Source: Gonapodya sp. JEL0774 (lineage: Eukaryota). Taken from it: 64,000 nt of DNA. A program made the position numbers and the translations under genes. Within the stretch, counting starts at the first letter, position 1, and every line of letters begins with the position of its first letter. This document shows, piece after piece, positions 25,831 to 39,244 of the stretch. Below the pieces are notes generated by a model. It ran no database searches, was not told the DNA's origin, and saw nothing but the letters and a program-made list of their open reading frames with translations. The stretch spans positions 1 to 64,000 of the forward strand of contig JADIIX010000067.1 of NCBI GenBank assembly GCA_027604505.1, given 5' to 3'.

Positions 25831-26244
25831 TTGCAGAAGGAGCAAACAAACCGAGAACAGAGGATGATGGCAGTAATGTGTTGTAGCTTAGAAAGTGGTG
25901 GAGGGTAGAGGAAGTCCAATCGACGGATCGCAAAGATTCCTGACTTCTACGGAGTTTCGTCGATGACAGGAGTGCACTGAGTGATGATCGGAGCAGCAGG
26001 AAACGCTCCAAGCCAAAGATTATTGCGATCCGAATCCTTGCAAATCGTCAATTATTGCGCCCTCGTTCGGGATTTGCGATTTCGGGTTGACAATGCCCGA
26101 AGGTTCCCTACCGCTCGCTAGTAGTCGTACATACTGTGAAGACACCAGCATCTTCCCCCACACAATCAATTTCCACCACCAAAAGAAGCTCCAAGGCGAT
26201 TTATTGCATACTTTGATCACGTACACGACTAACCGCGAAGATTC

Positions 26245-29234
26245 ATGCCCCCGAATCCACCGCTGCCGCAACGGGGAAGGACGGATTCGACAGTATCTTT
26301 GGGCAATTCTGACGACGAGATTCTTCGTCTCTTGGCTTCCGAACTCTCTTTGTCGAGGACATCAAAACAACGGCAACGCCGTAGGACTGATGAGAAGGTC
26401 GAGAAGGATTCTGGCGCTCGCTCACGTGCGAGGAGTAGAAGTGAGCGGGAACGCGAGCAGCAGATTGAAACATCAAAGGCCGTTCGCGCTAGATTTCGTG
26501 ATATGGACAAGAATAGAGAGAAGCAGATGGAACCGGTATGCTTTGCGGACTCCGCAGAGGAGGCGAGGTCTCACGTGAGAGTCCGCGATGGGGAGCACGA
26601 GTTTGTCGCGGCTTTTGCAGATGGCACTGCATCTCAGACGGCTCCAGAATATCGGAAAGGACGCTCCACTACATCTCTTCCTGACGGTGGAGGCATACCA
26701 GCACCCAAAAGTGCCCCCAAGAGGGATGTTATTACTTCATCGCGTTCCATGGATCGCCCTTCGAAAGCAACCTCGGGGCATTCAACTCGCTCAAAATCAC
26801 CAGGTGCACAGTCATGGACGTCTCTGGTGAAAAGAGAGGAAGACATGAAGGAACGTGTGAGTTCATTTTATGCCGACCATGTATTCATAATGTTCTGAAC
26901 TGCGCGCGTGCGACCTGCAGTATCACACTTCCACCAAGTCACTCCTCCAATCCCTTGCCGATGAACGCTCTCGATACAGCACGCTTGAATCTTCTTACCA
27001 GCAACTCCTCGCCGACGTCCGCTCACTCCAGTCCAACCATGTCAACGACCTCCAGCACGCCAAACGCAAGTCCGAGTCCGCCCTCCGTGCCCTTCAGCGC
27101 GCCCTCATTGTCAAAACGGAAGAGCACGCTGCGGCGGAGAAGGAGCTCTCTGTTGCCAGGGCGAAGTACGATAAAGATTCTCGTACCTGGCTGGCCACAG
27201 CGCAAGGTCTCGAGCAGCAGGTCCAGGTGTGCAAAAGAGAGCTTGCTGGTGCCGTCAACTCCTATGAAGACAGGCTTGCGGATGCAGAGGCTGCACATAG
27301 GGAAACGGTGGCAAATTTGGAGGCCAAGTGCACACAAAAGGATGGCGACATCAAACGTCTCGCTCAGGCATACAAGTCCAAAGAGGCCGACTGGGCTGCC
27401 GAGCGAGACACCCGAATGAAGCTTGACATGAGACAGATTGAGCTGGACCATGAACTTGCGCGGAGGCAAGACGAGAACGTGGCGTTGCAATATCAAGTTG
27501 ACAAACTCACACAGGAAGTTGCAGAAGCACGCTCAGCCAGTCGCTCGGCGGCCTCCGCCATTGACCAACAACGCGCGGAGCTCTCAGCTGCTCAAAAGAG
27601 CCTCACGCAGGCTCGAGAGGAACATGACTCTCTTGCGAAGGACATTGACCGTCACGTGGCCGACAAGGCTCAGCTCGACACGGCGAAGGACGCGTTGGTT
27701 CTGGAACTACGCGATCGTGACCGTGAAATCGCGGACATGGAACGAGACCTAGACCTAGCGAGGAATGAGAACAAGGAGAGACTCTTGCAGTTCACCGAAG
27801 CTCTCGAAGACGTTCGGACTGCACTTTTGGAGGCTCAAAGGGAGGCAAAGGAGCTCAAAGAACGAGAGACGTCCCTGAGGAGAGACAAGCAACGACTTGA
27901 AGAGGAGCTTCGGGCGACGTTGGACAGGGCGACCTTGGCAGAAGAACGGCTCGAGGTGGAAGTTGAGGTGAATGTCCCGCAGTCACATTTGTTGCCCGGC
28001 AGAGGGAGTTGAAAATTAGAATCCTCATTATAGCAACGATCCAAAGACCGCACGCAAACACACTCAGAACTTCTCTCTCTTCAAGAGAAGCTCACGGTGG
28101 CCAAATCCGCGATGGAGGACGAAGTGTCACACCTTCGCTCTGCCGTGACTGAAAAGGACACCGCATTGGATGCTTTTGCGGCAGAGCACGACTCCTTGTC
28201 CCGCCGCATTGAGGGTCTTTCCCAGGAGCTCGCACGATCTAGAACGCAACTCCAACAGAAAAGCCAGCAGGCGACCACACTCTCCGAAGACCTGTCGAAA
28301 CTCAGGATGGAGAACTCCGAGTCTTCGGGTAAAGTTTTCGCCCTGGAGGCGAGAGTGGCGGAAGCTGAAGCAGTGGAGACAGCCTTGAGACGGCAGGTTG
28401 GGGCCCTACAGGCACAATTGGCGGACAAAGAAAGACAGCTACTGGTGGCGGTTGAGAAGCAGAAGGATGTATTGGAGCAAGTGCGAAGACTGGACGAAGA
28501 AATGCAGGTAAGGCTGAGGTCGTGCCTCACAATGTGAAAGTTGAAAAAGTTGCACCTGACACACCCAACCTCTATGCCAAAAGCATTTACGGTCCTCACC
28601 GGCTCAGTTGGAAACCCCTCCACGTACTCATCCGCTTGAGACCTCTGCGATCTGGGACATTTCTCGACGTTTGAAGGCTAATGTAGAAAGTCTGGTGCCA
28701 GAGTCTAGTTTTACTTCATCCGGGAGCCAAGTGTCAGTACCACAGCTATCTCAAAGTTCTGGTGTACTCAAGAGCGGCAATCGCGGGCATGGATCGCAGC
28801 AAACGTTTTCGTCTAGTGATTCCACCCATTCGAGTGATACTACTAGAACCGCCACAAAGAGATCGTCCGGTCCAATACATGTCCACCACACAACTGACTT
28901 CGATGACTTGCTTGCAAAGATTGGGAACATAACTGGGAGCATACAGGGTGAATTGAACAGTAATGTTGTCACCGCACGGCATCCCCGGTCTCTATCGGCC
29001 GTACAGAGTCCCCCCAGACCCAGTGACTCAAGCGGTTCGTCATCAAGCCGCGGTGTTCGACAGAGTGTTGACAATCTGAATGCAGGAAGCAGTACTTCCT
29101 CGAATCCGTCGTTTGGTTCGCCAGGACGAAGCTTCGACAGAACGATGGATACTGCTAGGCTGGAGAGATTGCTTGAAATCGATAGCATTGGTGCAGGTGG
29201 GGGATATGATAGAAACAGAGTGGGTAGATCTTGA
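26245..29234 (+). CDS. Long coiled-coil protein with disordered termini, function unknown
   Basis: Consecutive exons are rich in E/K/R/L/A heptads (e.g. ELRDRDREIADMERDLDLARNENKERLLQF) and are joined by GT-AG introns. Confidence 0.75.
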
Positions 29235-30298
29235 ATAATTTACTTCGGGGTGGTTTTGGGTTGGAGAAGAGGGACCAGTATATTTACTCACAGTTTTGAG
29301 CACTTTGTTGTAAATAGTTGAATCGTCTTGACCGAGCTTCTCCACGGTGCTTTTCGATGATTGTTGAATCTCTCACAGTGAGTGCTTCTCCATCATCATC
29401 TGCATGCAGCGTGAGAGTTCTCCTGTGTCCGGGCCCTAAACACGGCTTGATTGCACTCATTCGGGTGAATTTACGATTTCTGACGTGACTTCTCTTTGGG
29501 ATATATCGCCCAAACTTTTTGGTCGGATAATCAAGCGCTCCTCCATCTGTTAGATGGCTTCGTTTGTGTCATTCAGTTCAAGCCGACATGCACAGGAATC
29601 CCATAAGCCACTGCAGTCCACGATCAATCAGAACAAACCCTATGTAAAACTCCGCCAAATCCTCACGTGATGGCTCATTAGGAGTTCCAGGGGGAGTCGA
29701 TGATCCGCTCCTCATCATCGATTTTGGACTTCCTGGCATTTCGAAGAGAGGGTGATACATTCTCAAACTTGTCGCTAGAGTCGATGCTTTGTACGAGTCT
29801 CCCCAATATATCTACGTTGGGACAGGTTGATTTGCTGTAAACACTCAACTAGAATCACGAATATTCGTGCTCTTCATTCGAGGACAAATAAGCGTCTCGC
29901 CATGATTCATAAGCATAGAGCTTTGGGACATTCCAACACAGGATAGGCTGCAGTGCACATGAGGACGAAGACATTCCACAACAACATTCAGTCTCAGGGA
30001 TATTAAACGACGATCGAACGATTGTGGGGCTCCACGTCACACATCCTCGAGGATTCCACTTAAATGGAGAAGTTCTTCGAATTTTGAGCATGATTTATGG
30101 ATCCAGCTCCATCAGGTTCCCAGGCGAATCCAATGGCTGTACCATAAGGAGTTGCTTTGCGGACCTGCACCCGAAATTATCTCAAATCCACTTCTTCTCC
30201 ACATGCACCCTGCTCCATAAATCGCTCTTTCAGTCGTCCACACTATGTTCTCTTCTTCGTCTTCGACCCTCCATGTAAACCGCTACACATGTACATCC

Positions 30299-32430
30299 TC
30301 ACATTCTGCGTGGCGGGTCTGTTAGTGCGAGCGAGCTATTGTTTATATCATTGATGAGTACCCGAGCTGGGGAATTCGGAACAACTCACATCCTGCATTC
30401 CCCGCATCAAATCCGTTCGGTGCTCCGGCATCAGCTTCACCTGGTACTCCAGGCCCACCGTAGCTGGCATCTGCGTCTCCTCCACGAGAATCACTGTCCA
30501 AGTAGATCCAAAAAATTACTTTCAGCACAAAAATTCCACTGAACTCAATCCACATCGATCCAGTCAAGACCAGATTCTCACATTCCAGTGTCGGCACGGG
30601 CTGGACCTTTCTTTTCCCGGCCAACGTCCCAGTCAAGGCGCAAACGACGACCCTCCAAAGTCTGGCGAATATCTTCACTTAGACCGTGTTGAAGTCAAAC
30701 TTTGCACTGAATTTCAACACACATAATTGTTGTACTTGTCAAAGGCATCTTCCGCGTCGCGGCGCTCTTCGAAGTCTGCAAAGGCGAATCTGGTGGATCA
30801 CGGATATAATTTCAGTGACAACAGACAAGGAGATGTCCAAAAGCATTCGCTCACCCTTTGTTCCGTCCAGTATCTCTGTCTCGGGGCATCGTGACTTTCT
30901 TGAGTTTCCCGTAACGCTCCATCATATCCCACACCTGGTTCCATATAGAAACTGATGAGAGCATATCTAGCGAAAGCACACCTGTTGAACTCTCACATCC
31001 TTCTCCGTGTATGTGTAGGGAAGGTTCCCAACAAAAATCTGAGTAGATGTGCGACGGTCTTCTTCTGAGCCTCTGCGGTGTGCGAATCAACAAGTCCACG
31101 AAGTCGTCAGAGCAAATTTCAAAGTCGCCATCCCAGCAATCCGCAATCTTCGCATCAAAATCAGAGTGAGTCTCCAGATAAGCCTCGGCTATCAAAACTG
31201 CCAATGCCTTTCCACAACCGACCGGGGACATTGACCAGTTCAAACTCAATTGGAGGCACTCCAAAGAGCATCCACAGTTCCACAAATCACTACCATTCAG
31301 AGAGCTCATCCGTAGCAGTCCAGGATTCCCATCTCCAATTCTATATCAATTCCACTGATTCTCACCGGTCAACTGAAGGCGTGAGAAGGTACGAGACATT
31401 AAACAAGGTCCAATCACTCGAGCTAAATATGGCTTACCTGGAGCTCTGAGATGCACGTGCAACACCGTGACGGATCCACAAATCAACTTTCAGGACGCGA
31501 TTATATATATATAATATTGACTCACGGTGGGTGTCCCCCGAACCTTCCCCGAGGGCCACCTTCCCTTGGCGGACCATACCCCCTGTCATCGAATCTGCCA
31601 CCACGAGGTGGGCCGTATGCACTATCCTCACGACCACCGTATCCACCGTCGTATCCACGACCACCGTACCCACGAGGCTCGAATGCTCTATCACCACCTG
31701 GAGGGCCAAATCCACGATCATCGGGTACACCACCTCGACTCGGAGGTCCGAATCGCTCTGCGGGGACGGGAGCATACCCTCTATCCTCACGGCCCCGGAA
31801 ATCTCTCTCTGGCTCATAGCCTCGACCCATTGGTCGCTCTGGTGGATATCCGCGGTCAAAAGGACGACTTGGAGGGTATCCCCGGTCGGGTGGTGGGCCA
31901 CCGTACACTGGGCGATCCGCAACATATCCGTTTCCTCCAAAACGGTCTCTTTCAACTGGTGGGTATCCTTCTCTTCTATCACGGTCTCCATAACCGGGAG
32001 CTGGCCTCTCGCGGGCGTCCCGAGGACCTGCGAAGTCAACCGGCCTTTCACGATCCAATGGAGGCCCCCGACGAAGGTCATCTCCAAAATCGTCTCGAGG
32101 TCTCAAAGGAGGGAAACCACGTTGTGCGTCTGCGTCCCGCGCGTAATCTCTTCTTCCAAAATCCTCAGGCTCTCTTCTCCTGTCGACCACGTCCCGCCCT
32201 ATCGGAGCTCTATCTGTCGCCATTGGACTGAGGGAGCGATTCCGAGGCTCCGCAGGAAGTCTTGACGGCACGTCACGAGGACCACCAGCTGGGCCTCCAT
32301 TCCTGCGGTCTCCACGGTCGCCACGGTTCCTGTCGTCTTTGGGCTCGGCAGGTTTAGGAACCCTGCTGTCACGGGGATCGCGAACAGAGCGGTCATCTCG
32401 ACGATCACGATCACGCGGGGATGGCTCCAT
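30299..32430 (-). CDS. Single-RRM RNA-binding protein with a long R/D/G/P/Y low-complexity N-terminus
   Basis: RNP2 IFVGNLP, RNP1 KGFAFADF, RYGKLKKVTMPRDRDTG and LEGRRLRLDWD. The first exon (31526-32430) connects to the RRM via two micro-exons. Confidence 0.85.
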
Positions 32431-33038
32431 GAATTGAAACGCTTGTGCGGATGGCGCTGCTGCGCAATAGGTGTATGGATAAGCGACAGCTCAAGGCAGA
32501 AAATCAATCGATAGTACCTACTGGCAAGAAGAAACAATTATCGACAGCTCCAGGTTGTAGGGGCTTGTCTTCGCAGAAAGTTAGATTCGACTGCTTTTTG
32601 TTGCGTTGCTGGTTCGTCCCTTCATTGTATCAGTTGACACAAAAAATTACTTCTCTACGGCTTGACAGCAAAAAGCATCCCAGATAGTACCACTACTTTT
32701 TGTCGTGCAATTTCTTTTGTTGAGTATTGTATTCGAACCTACAGTCCCGGTTTGCGGTAGTAGTAGTGACCATTCTTCCAAATCCTGCAGAGCGTTATTA
32801 TGCATCTCCTTTAGATCATGTTATATTCGTCATGAATTGCGCACACCAATAACTGAAGACGGTTATGAAAGGTATGCCGAGAAGGAGAAACTAACCAAGC
32901 CAATCCTTGAGACGCCAGACGGTAATTGCAAGGAGCGAGCCGTAAAACAAGTGTCTTTCAACAAGCGAGCGAAGAAGAAAGCACAGCACCTTGATAAGCT
33001 TCCTCGAATTCGATAAGGACGTTTCGCTGCGACGTCAC

Positions 33039-34082
33039 TCACATCTCAATTGGTGTCTCGCCAATCATCTTTCCAACCCTTCGCACCCATTTCTCTCCCT
33101 TCCGCCCACTCACAGTCTTGGCGACTGTTCTCGCTCCGTCACCGACTTTTTCCACAACCTCCTTTCCGACGGCCACCGCAACTTTCTTAGGTCCCATTTT
33201 CTTGAGCACGTTCAACGCAGAGGAGCCAAGAAATCCAAGCCAGTTCATGTTGGTGGCTATGCGGGTGCGTGTCACGATGAGTGTCTCGCGGAGGGTGGAG
33301 GACTCGGTGGCGGGGGACGGGGCAATTCGGGACGATATCGGTGAAAGCAACGCCGAGCAGATGGAGGTCACACGGCGAATGATGGCAAGCGGGGCTACAA
33401 TGATAACCGTATAGAGAGTAGCAGAAACTCCAGAGAGAAATATAGATAACGGTTGCCGTTCATGGTTCTTCCGTGGGTTGTTACGTCTGAGCAACGCGTG
33501 TTTGTGCTCGGATTGGAGAGCTTTGAAAACTTCAGAGGCATTCGAGCTTCGACGAGAAACTCCAGTTACTGTAAGAGCAGGCAGAGGAGAGGTAGACGCT
33601 CCTTTCAATAGAAACAAGAGATCCTCGAGCGGTGCAGTCTCCATCCAGTCGTTCCTGTTGTTCCACAAAGTGGTATGTGCAGCTTGGTTATGATTGGATT
33701 GAAAAACGGTAGGGCCCTCATTTAAGAATTCCAATGGATTGTCCTCGTTTGCTTCGACGACTTGTTTCTTCTTGCGACGGGCCATTCGGACAGCGTCAGC
33801 AACTTTGCGCCCAAACACATTACTTTGAGCTCGATGTACTGCAACCACGCCATGACTTTCTGAGCGCGATCCTTGGCGGGAATGACCCTGGTGGCTCCTT
33901 GAGGGGTCTCTCGAATGTGCAGGTGAGTTGAACTTCACCGCCGCGGGCGTATGGCGGTGAACAAGACGATGGAGGGCTGTCTTGAAGGTTCCAGGTGCCT
34001 GCTTCTTTTCACGGTGCTCAGAGGGTGCCATATCTTCCTCAACTTGTCTCTCCGTAACGGATCGCTTTTCGCTAATGCCCAT
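33039..34082 (-). CDS. Hypothetical basic protein with a predicted TM segment
   Basis: Long open frame (33039-34229) with hydrophobic IFLSGVSATLYTVIIVAPLAII. The start and 3' end (possible further exon) are uncertain. Confidence 0.5.
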   Translation of the reverse strand: MGISEKRSVTERQVEEDMAPSEHREKKQAPGTFKTALHRLVHRHTPAAVKFNSPAHSRDPSRSHQGHSRQGSRSESHGVVAVHRAQSNVFGRKVADAVRMARRKKKQVVEANEDNPLEFLNEGPTVFQSNHNQAAHTTLWNNRNDWMETAPLEDLLFLLKGASTSPLPALTVTGVSRRSSNASEVFKALQSEHKHALLRRNNPRKNHERQPLSIFLSGVSATLYTVIIVAPLAIIRRVTSICSALLSPISSRIAPSPATESSTLRETLIVTRTRIATNMNWLGFLGSSALNVLKKMGPKKVAVAVGKEVVEKVGDGARTVAKTVSGRKGEKWVRRVGKMIGETPIEM

Positions 34083-34427
34083 TAGATGGACGGGGTACGG
34101 ACAGGGCGACTTCGCATATTCGCTGATCACGGTCGGAAAACGCGGTGTATGCACTGGCAGCAACAGATCGTTCAATCGCCTGTAGTACGTTTTGCCGTGA
34201 AGGCATGAAAGTAAGATTTTCGCATGCAATTTTTCCTGGTTGACGTCGTTAGACGGGATTGAATGAAATCTGGGGGTGCTGACCTACCAGACATTTATGT
34301 GACACATCATGTTCGGTCTTCGCTTTTTCACCCGGTTCATTCGCATTCGATCATTTGATCAGGAGCGCCCAGCGGCGAGAAATCATTGCGCATCTTGTCA
34401 TTAAAGTGAAGCTGCTCACCAGAGGAT

Positions 34428-36684
34428 ATGTCGAAACCCAAGGTGAGTCTCGGAACCGTCCCGACAGCTCGGGAGCTCACAGAGTTTCGACAATATCCAG
34501 GTGGTCCAGTCGGATATTCTGAAAGAGCTTCAGTCAAATGCCATCACGAGTGTGGGAAATTATATCCTTGGAAAGACGATTGGTGAAGGTACAGTTATAG
34601 ATCGTTAGTTTTCTGCGTCAGTTCACGCGAAGGATCCCATCCCAGGCTCTTTCGGCAAAGTAAAACTCGGCTGGCACAAACTCACCTCTCAGCAAGTTGC
34701 CGTAAAGATTGTCGATAAGGCATACGCGCCAGCTGTCGTCCGGGAAATCGAAACGTGGCGAGCTCTTCGGCACCCAAACGTTGCACAGCTCTACGAAGTA
34801 TTAACCACCGAAACCAAAATCTACATGGTCACTGAGTTTGTCCCGGGTGGTGAAGCTTTCGATATGATTCTCCGCCGAGGTCGAATGGACGACAGGAGCC
34901 CCTTGGCCAAACGCCTATTTCGACAGGTCGTGGAAGCCGTCAAGTATTGTCACGATCGAAATCTTGTGCATAGAGACCTGAAACTTGAGAACGTGATGCT
35001 TACCGAGGACATGGGCAATGTAAAACTCATTGACTTCGGCTTCACTCGTGAAGTCGCGTCTCTGCCCACGCAAAAGCAACTCCTCGACACTTACTGCGGT
35101 AGCACCGCATACGCGGCACCAGAAATGATAATTGGCAAGCAGTACTTGGGACCACAGGCGGACATTTGGTCTCTTGGTGAGTTCGACGAGTTACCGTATC
35201 ATCTTTACCAACATTGGCACGAATCACGGCCATCACTCCACACAAGGCGTGATTCTTTACACTCTTGTCTGCGGGTACCTCCCCTTTGACGACGATAATG
35301 AAAACGAAATGAAAGTCCAGAAGAAGATAAAAGAGCTGGACTATGAGGTTCCAGAGTTCATCAGTGAATGTGAGCTTGCTCTATGTTCTCTCTTCGGCGT
35401 AGAACCCTTCGTATCAAAAACTTGACTTAGACTTTCGGAATACTCTGACTTCCTAACACCGTTTCAGCGTGTAGGGACCTCATCACTCGGATACTCAAAC
35501 TGGAACCTGCCGAAAGGATACCCCTTTCCGATATGTTGAGCCATCCGTGGTTTGTGGATGTACCGGCGGTGGTTTCTGGTGGAGAGTTAGCCGGTCAAGC
35601 TACCACTGAACATCAGTCTCGAACCACAAATGAGTCGTCGGGGAGCGGGGTTCAGAAGCCCATTCCAGTCGAACTCGCTCCCATTAGAACATTCGACATC
35701 GCACGCCCATCTCACAAAACTTCTGACTCATCTCTTCCCCTCTCCGGAAAGGAGTCATCGGAGCCGCCGATAACCTCTGCCGTGTTCTCTCCGTCCGCCT
35801 CTCCATCTAGTTCAACCACATCTGGCCAACCCTACCCGATTCTCCTGAATGCGTCTGAGCTCCAAATAGCCAACACTCTTGCCACAATCGGTTTCGACGT
35901 TCCCTCCATCCTCCGCTCGGTCAAGCATAACGCGTGCGATCAGGCGTCCGCGCTATGGTTTTTGCTACTCGCAAAACACGAGCTTCCCCCTGCTGTCGGT
36001 GGTGCAGAGGCTACTATGGATGAGTCGGCGACGATGAAGGGTGGGGCGTGGTCGTGGGCACGAACATTTCTCGAGAAGCAAAAAGACGGGGGACCCGCTT
36101 CAGGATCGGTTGGAAGTCTCAGTAGACCACGCCGCAAGAGCAACGAGCTGCCAGGTGTAGCTGAGGTAGGGTGCCTAGGTCCCGTCCCATCGACACCACC
36201 GGTTGTGAAGACACTCCTACCCCGCCCTGAGTTTGAAAAGCCGATACCCGTGCCAGCAGACGAGGGAGACCGTGAACCAATTACGAGGCGAGGTTTGTTC
36301 GATGTACTGCGACACGGATCGGGGTTGGCTCGTGGTGAAGGGAAAGAAGTGAAAAGAAAATCCGGGGCAGTGGTAATCGAGGAGGGTGAGGAGGAAGAAG
36401 AAGAAGAAGGACGGAAGAGGACGACTAGCGTCAGCCAGCAGTCCGGGGAACATTCTGACGTGCAAGGGATCGCACGTTCTCGGAGCACATCTGAAAGGTC
36501 CAACAGTTCTCGACAATCCGCGGCGGTGTCTTCTCGAGGTGTTTATTCGGCTCGGACTGGCACATCAGGTGCAGCTAGGGCGGGCCGTTTTGGAGTGAGG
36601 AGTGGAGCTCCAGTGGACGCACGTTCATTCAACACAGTGTCTGAAAAGGAGAGAAGTAGTGAGGGCAGTGGTTGGGAAGGGTAG
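34428..36684 (+). CDS. CAMK-group Ser/Thr kinase, AMPK/MARK/Snf1-related, with UBA-like domain
   Basis: GKTIGEGSFGKVK, VAVKI, HRDLKLEN, DFG, TYCGSTAYAAPE and DIWSLG. A UBA-like segment LATIGFDVPSILRSVKHNACDQASALWFLLL follows. Confidence 0.93.
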
Positions 36685-37136
36685 CAGTAATGCTTCAAGA
36701 GCCGTGCGTAGATGTTCCCACGCTAAAATAGGCAGTCGATATTGTACATCCATGTCTAAGTTTTGAAGCCTATTTTTTAAGGTATGTACATTTTCTGCAA
36801 ATGCAATTAGTACAGTTGCGTGCTACTCTAACTTCTGAGAAGGAGGAAGCGAGGGAGGGGCAATGGACGTCGTGATCAGTGAAATGGGACACTTCCCCAA
36901 AGGAATTCTGGAGGGGGGCGATTAAACCAGAGTTGTTGAAACGGTGGAGAGTGGAAAAGAGAACAGAAGATCTCCAAACAGTGGATGATGTGCAATTGCA
37001 ATGATTATCGCATATATATCAAGCGCGAGTGCATTCATAATCTCTCACGAGGTGGCAAAACAGGCAAGTCCTTCATACAATGACAACAGTACTTCCGACG
37101 ATTGCAGGCAATGTATCCATATCACAGTCCTGTCCA

Positions 37137-38742
37137 TCAACTCCCTACACTACTCTCTTCTGTCCGTACAAACAAACCGATTATCAATATTGCGGCAATC
37201 ATAGTCAGCGCAAACCACAGCACGCGGTCTGGAGAAATTGTTCTTTGCGGTCGAGTGGCCGCACTTGGATGGGAGACTGGGGATGATGAGCCGTCAGTGG
37301 CGGCAGACGAGGATGAAAGAGTGTCAGAACCGCTGAAAGCGGTGGCTTCTGGCGCCGTTCGTTGCCTAAGTTCGTTTGCACGAGCTGGGGCAGCCGCTGC
37401 ACTCTGAGGCCGTGGTGCAATACCGAATGGAGACATACCAGTTATTGGTGGTTGAACAGGGGGTCGAGTGGGTGGATAAGGTGTAGGGGAGGGAACTGAG
37501 GATGGTCCATGGCCGTTTGTGTGTCCATTTGCCGCACCGACCGCGGACAATTCCAATTCCGCTTCAGCTCCAGAACCACATAGTTCAGGCCAAATCTCCC
37601 GGAATCTCGTATTCCTTGCACCACCTCCACCATTCTCCCTGTTCCACTTTTTGCTCTTCAGAGCCAGCGCGATCTTCTCTGCACGCGACGTTTGCACAGA
37701 GCCTGTGGTCGGAGTATCTTCAAGCATGAAAGAAAGCAACCCTGTTAGAATAGTTGAAACAGACCAAGCTGGGTTCCATGTGTTGGGCTGGGTCACCACA
37801 GTGTCAAACAAAGAATGAGATACTATGAGTTTCGAGGCGACAACAGGACGGTGGATAGACTTACATGGTAGTCAGACATAGTGAGACAAAGTCGAAAGTC
37901 TGGTTGGAAGCGGCCGTTCGGCTGACACGGGAATTGAAGAGTAGAAAAAGGAATAGGAGTAAATAGAACTGCAAAACCGCAAAGACCACGGGATGTCTTT
38001 CGAGGCCTCCACAAATATCATCTCTTCACAAGAATGCAAAGTCGAGAAGTAGCACATATTTGGTCGCGTCCATTTGCGCAACCTCATTCCAAGGAGCCTC
38101 ACCGTAATGATTTTAATGGCCGGCGGCTTAAAGGGATACTCTGTTGGGAAAATTAACCTTCCATGGTACTCTCCACCGGCATAGGGAGAATCAGGAGGGC
38201 CGGTAATGACATACTATTCTCCAAGAAGGGTACCACAGATGAACATGGAAAGGCAGCGGAGTGAACAAGCAATGGCAAATAACAAGGAACAGCTGAAATA
38301 CGGTGATATCACAGTCCGTGATTCCTGCTCGGGCTCTCTTGATAGTGGCCTCTTTGTGAGTTCTCATTTGCACAGCCTGCGGTTCGGACGCAACCCAGAA
38401 GTATATGTGACCTTCAAACTCGAGTAAGCGTCACTATCTCCCGTGGAGCCCCATCCGTCTACTCATGATGCACCGCAACTCATAGTTCACAGTATTCCGA
38501 CAGTCCACAGCACAGTAACTCTCGCACAATCACAAAGGACTCACATGCCATTCCAAAATATTCGACTCCAGGGGTTTAGCAATGATGTATGGTGTTGGGT
38601 TTTGTTGGAGAGCGATATATTCTGATGATCGAAGAGAACATTTGAGACTTGACGTTTTCGAAGTAGAGATGTCGCATATTGACCGCTAGCAAAAGCAGAA
38701 GTCACCTTTGGTGAGTCGCTTGTACGCAGCTTTCGTCGCCAT
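37137..38742 (-). CDS. UBC6: ER-anchored ubiquitin-conjugating enzyme E2 (Ubc6/UBE2J2)
   Basis: [44 protein letters not shown]....[30 protein letters not shown], and a C-terminal [21 protein letters not shown]. Confidence 0.95.
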
Positions 38743-39244
38743 CACGGATTTGAAAGTTGGTGTCGAGGTGTAATTGTTTCTGGTTGTGTGTTCATTACTG
38801 AAACCTGATATTTCCACTGCCATATAAATGGGAACCAGTCGACCGCCAAATCACTCAACCTGATCTGTCTTCTTTCTCTTGTCTTCTATCCATCCGATAC
38901 AAGATGCAAGGATGGAGGGTGTTGGTCTTCGGATCTTGATGTGGGAATGGGAGTGGTGCCAGTCCAGACATTACAAAGAACAGACGTCTCGACAATGGAC
39001 GGCACGAGGAGCAATATGATGATGGAGATTGCGTCAACGAATACCCTCCAGCTCGTTTTCGGATGCCCCTTCTGTGTGATCCCCACTGCGAGCACAACCC
39101 AAACCAGATGGAGAACACGCAAGGTTGATTGACGGAGGTTTCTACAATGCAAAATTATACATCTAAACAGTGATTTGCAAATTTATGAGTATCCAAACAT
39201 CTTGGAACGACTTTCACGCGAGAGCTTCGCCAACATTCACGCTA

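Noticed and set aside
29300..30290. Short ORFs (e.g. 29578-29766 minus strand)
   Set aside because: No recognisable motif or consistent splice path; probably 3' UTR or intergenic sequence between convergent genes.
31451..32265. Long antisense/overlapping ORFs over the RRM gene (similar ones at 9835-10707 and 10580-11071)
   Set aside because: Expected shadows of GC-rich low-complexity coding sequence, with no independent protein features.
38886..39152. Small hydrophobic ORF downstream of the DHA2 transporter
   Set aside because: No ATG start, and splicing it onto the transporter creates a stop; unsupported.
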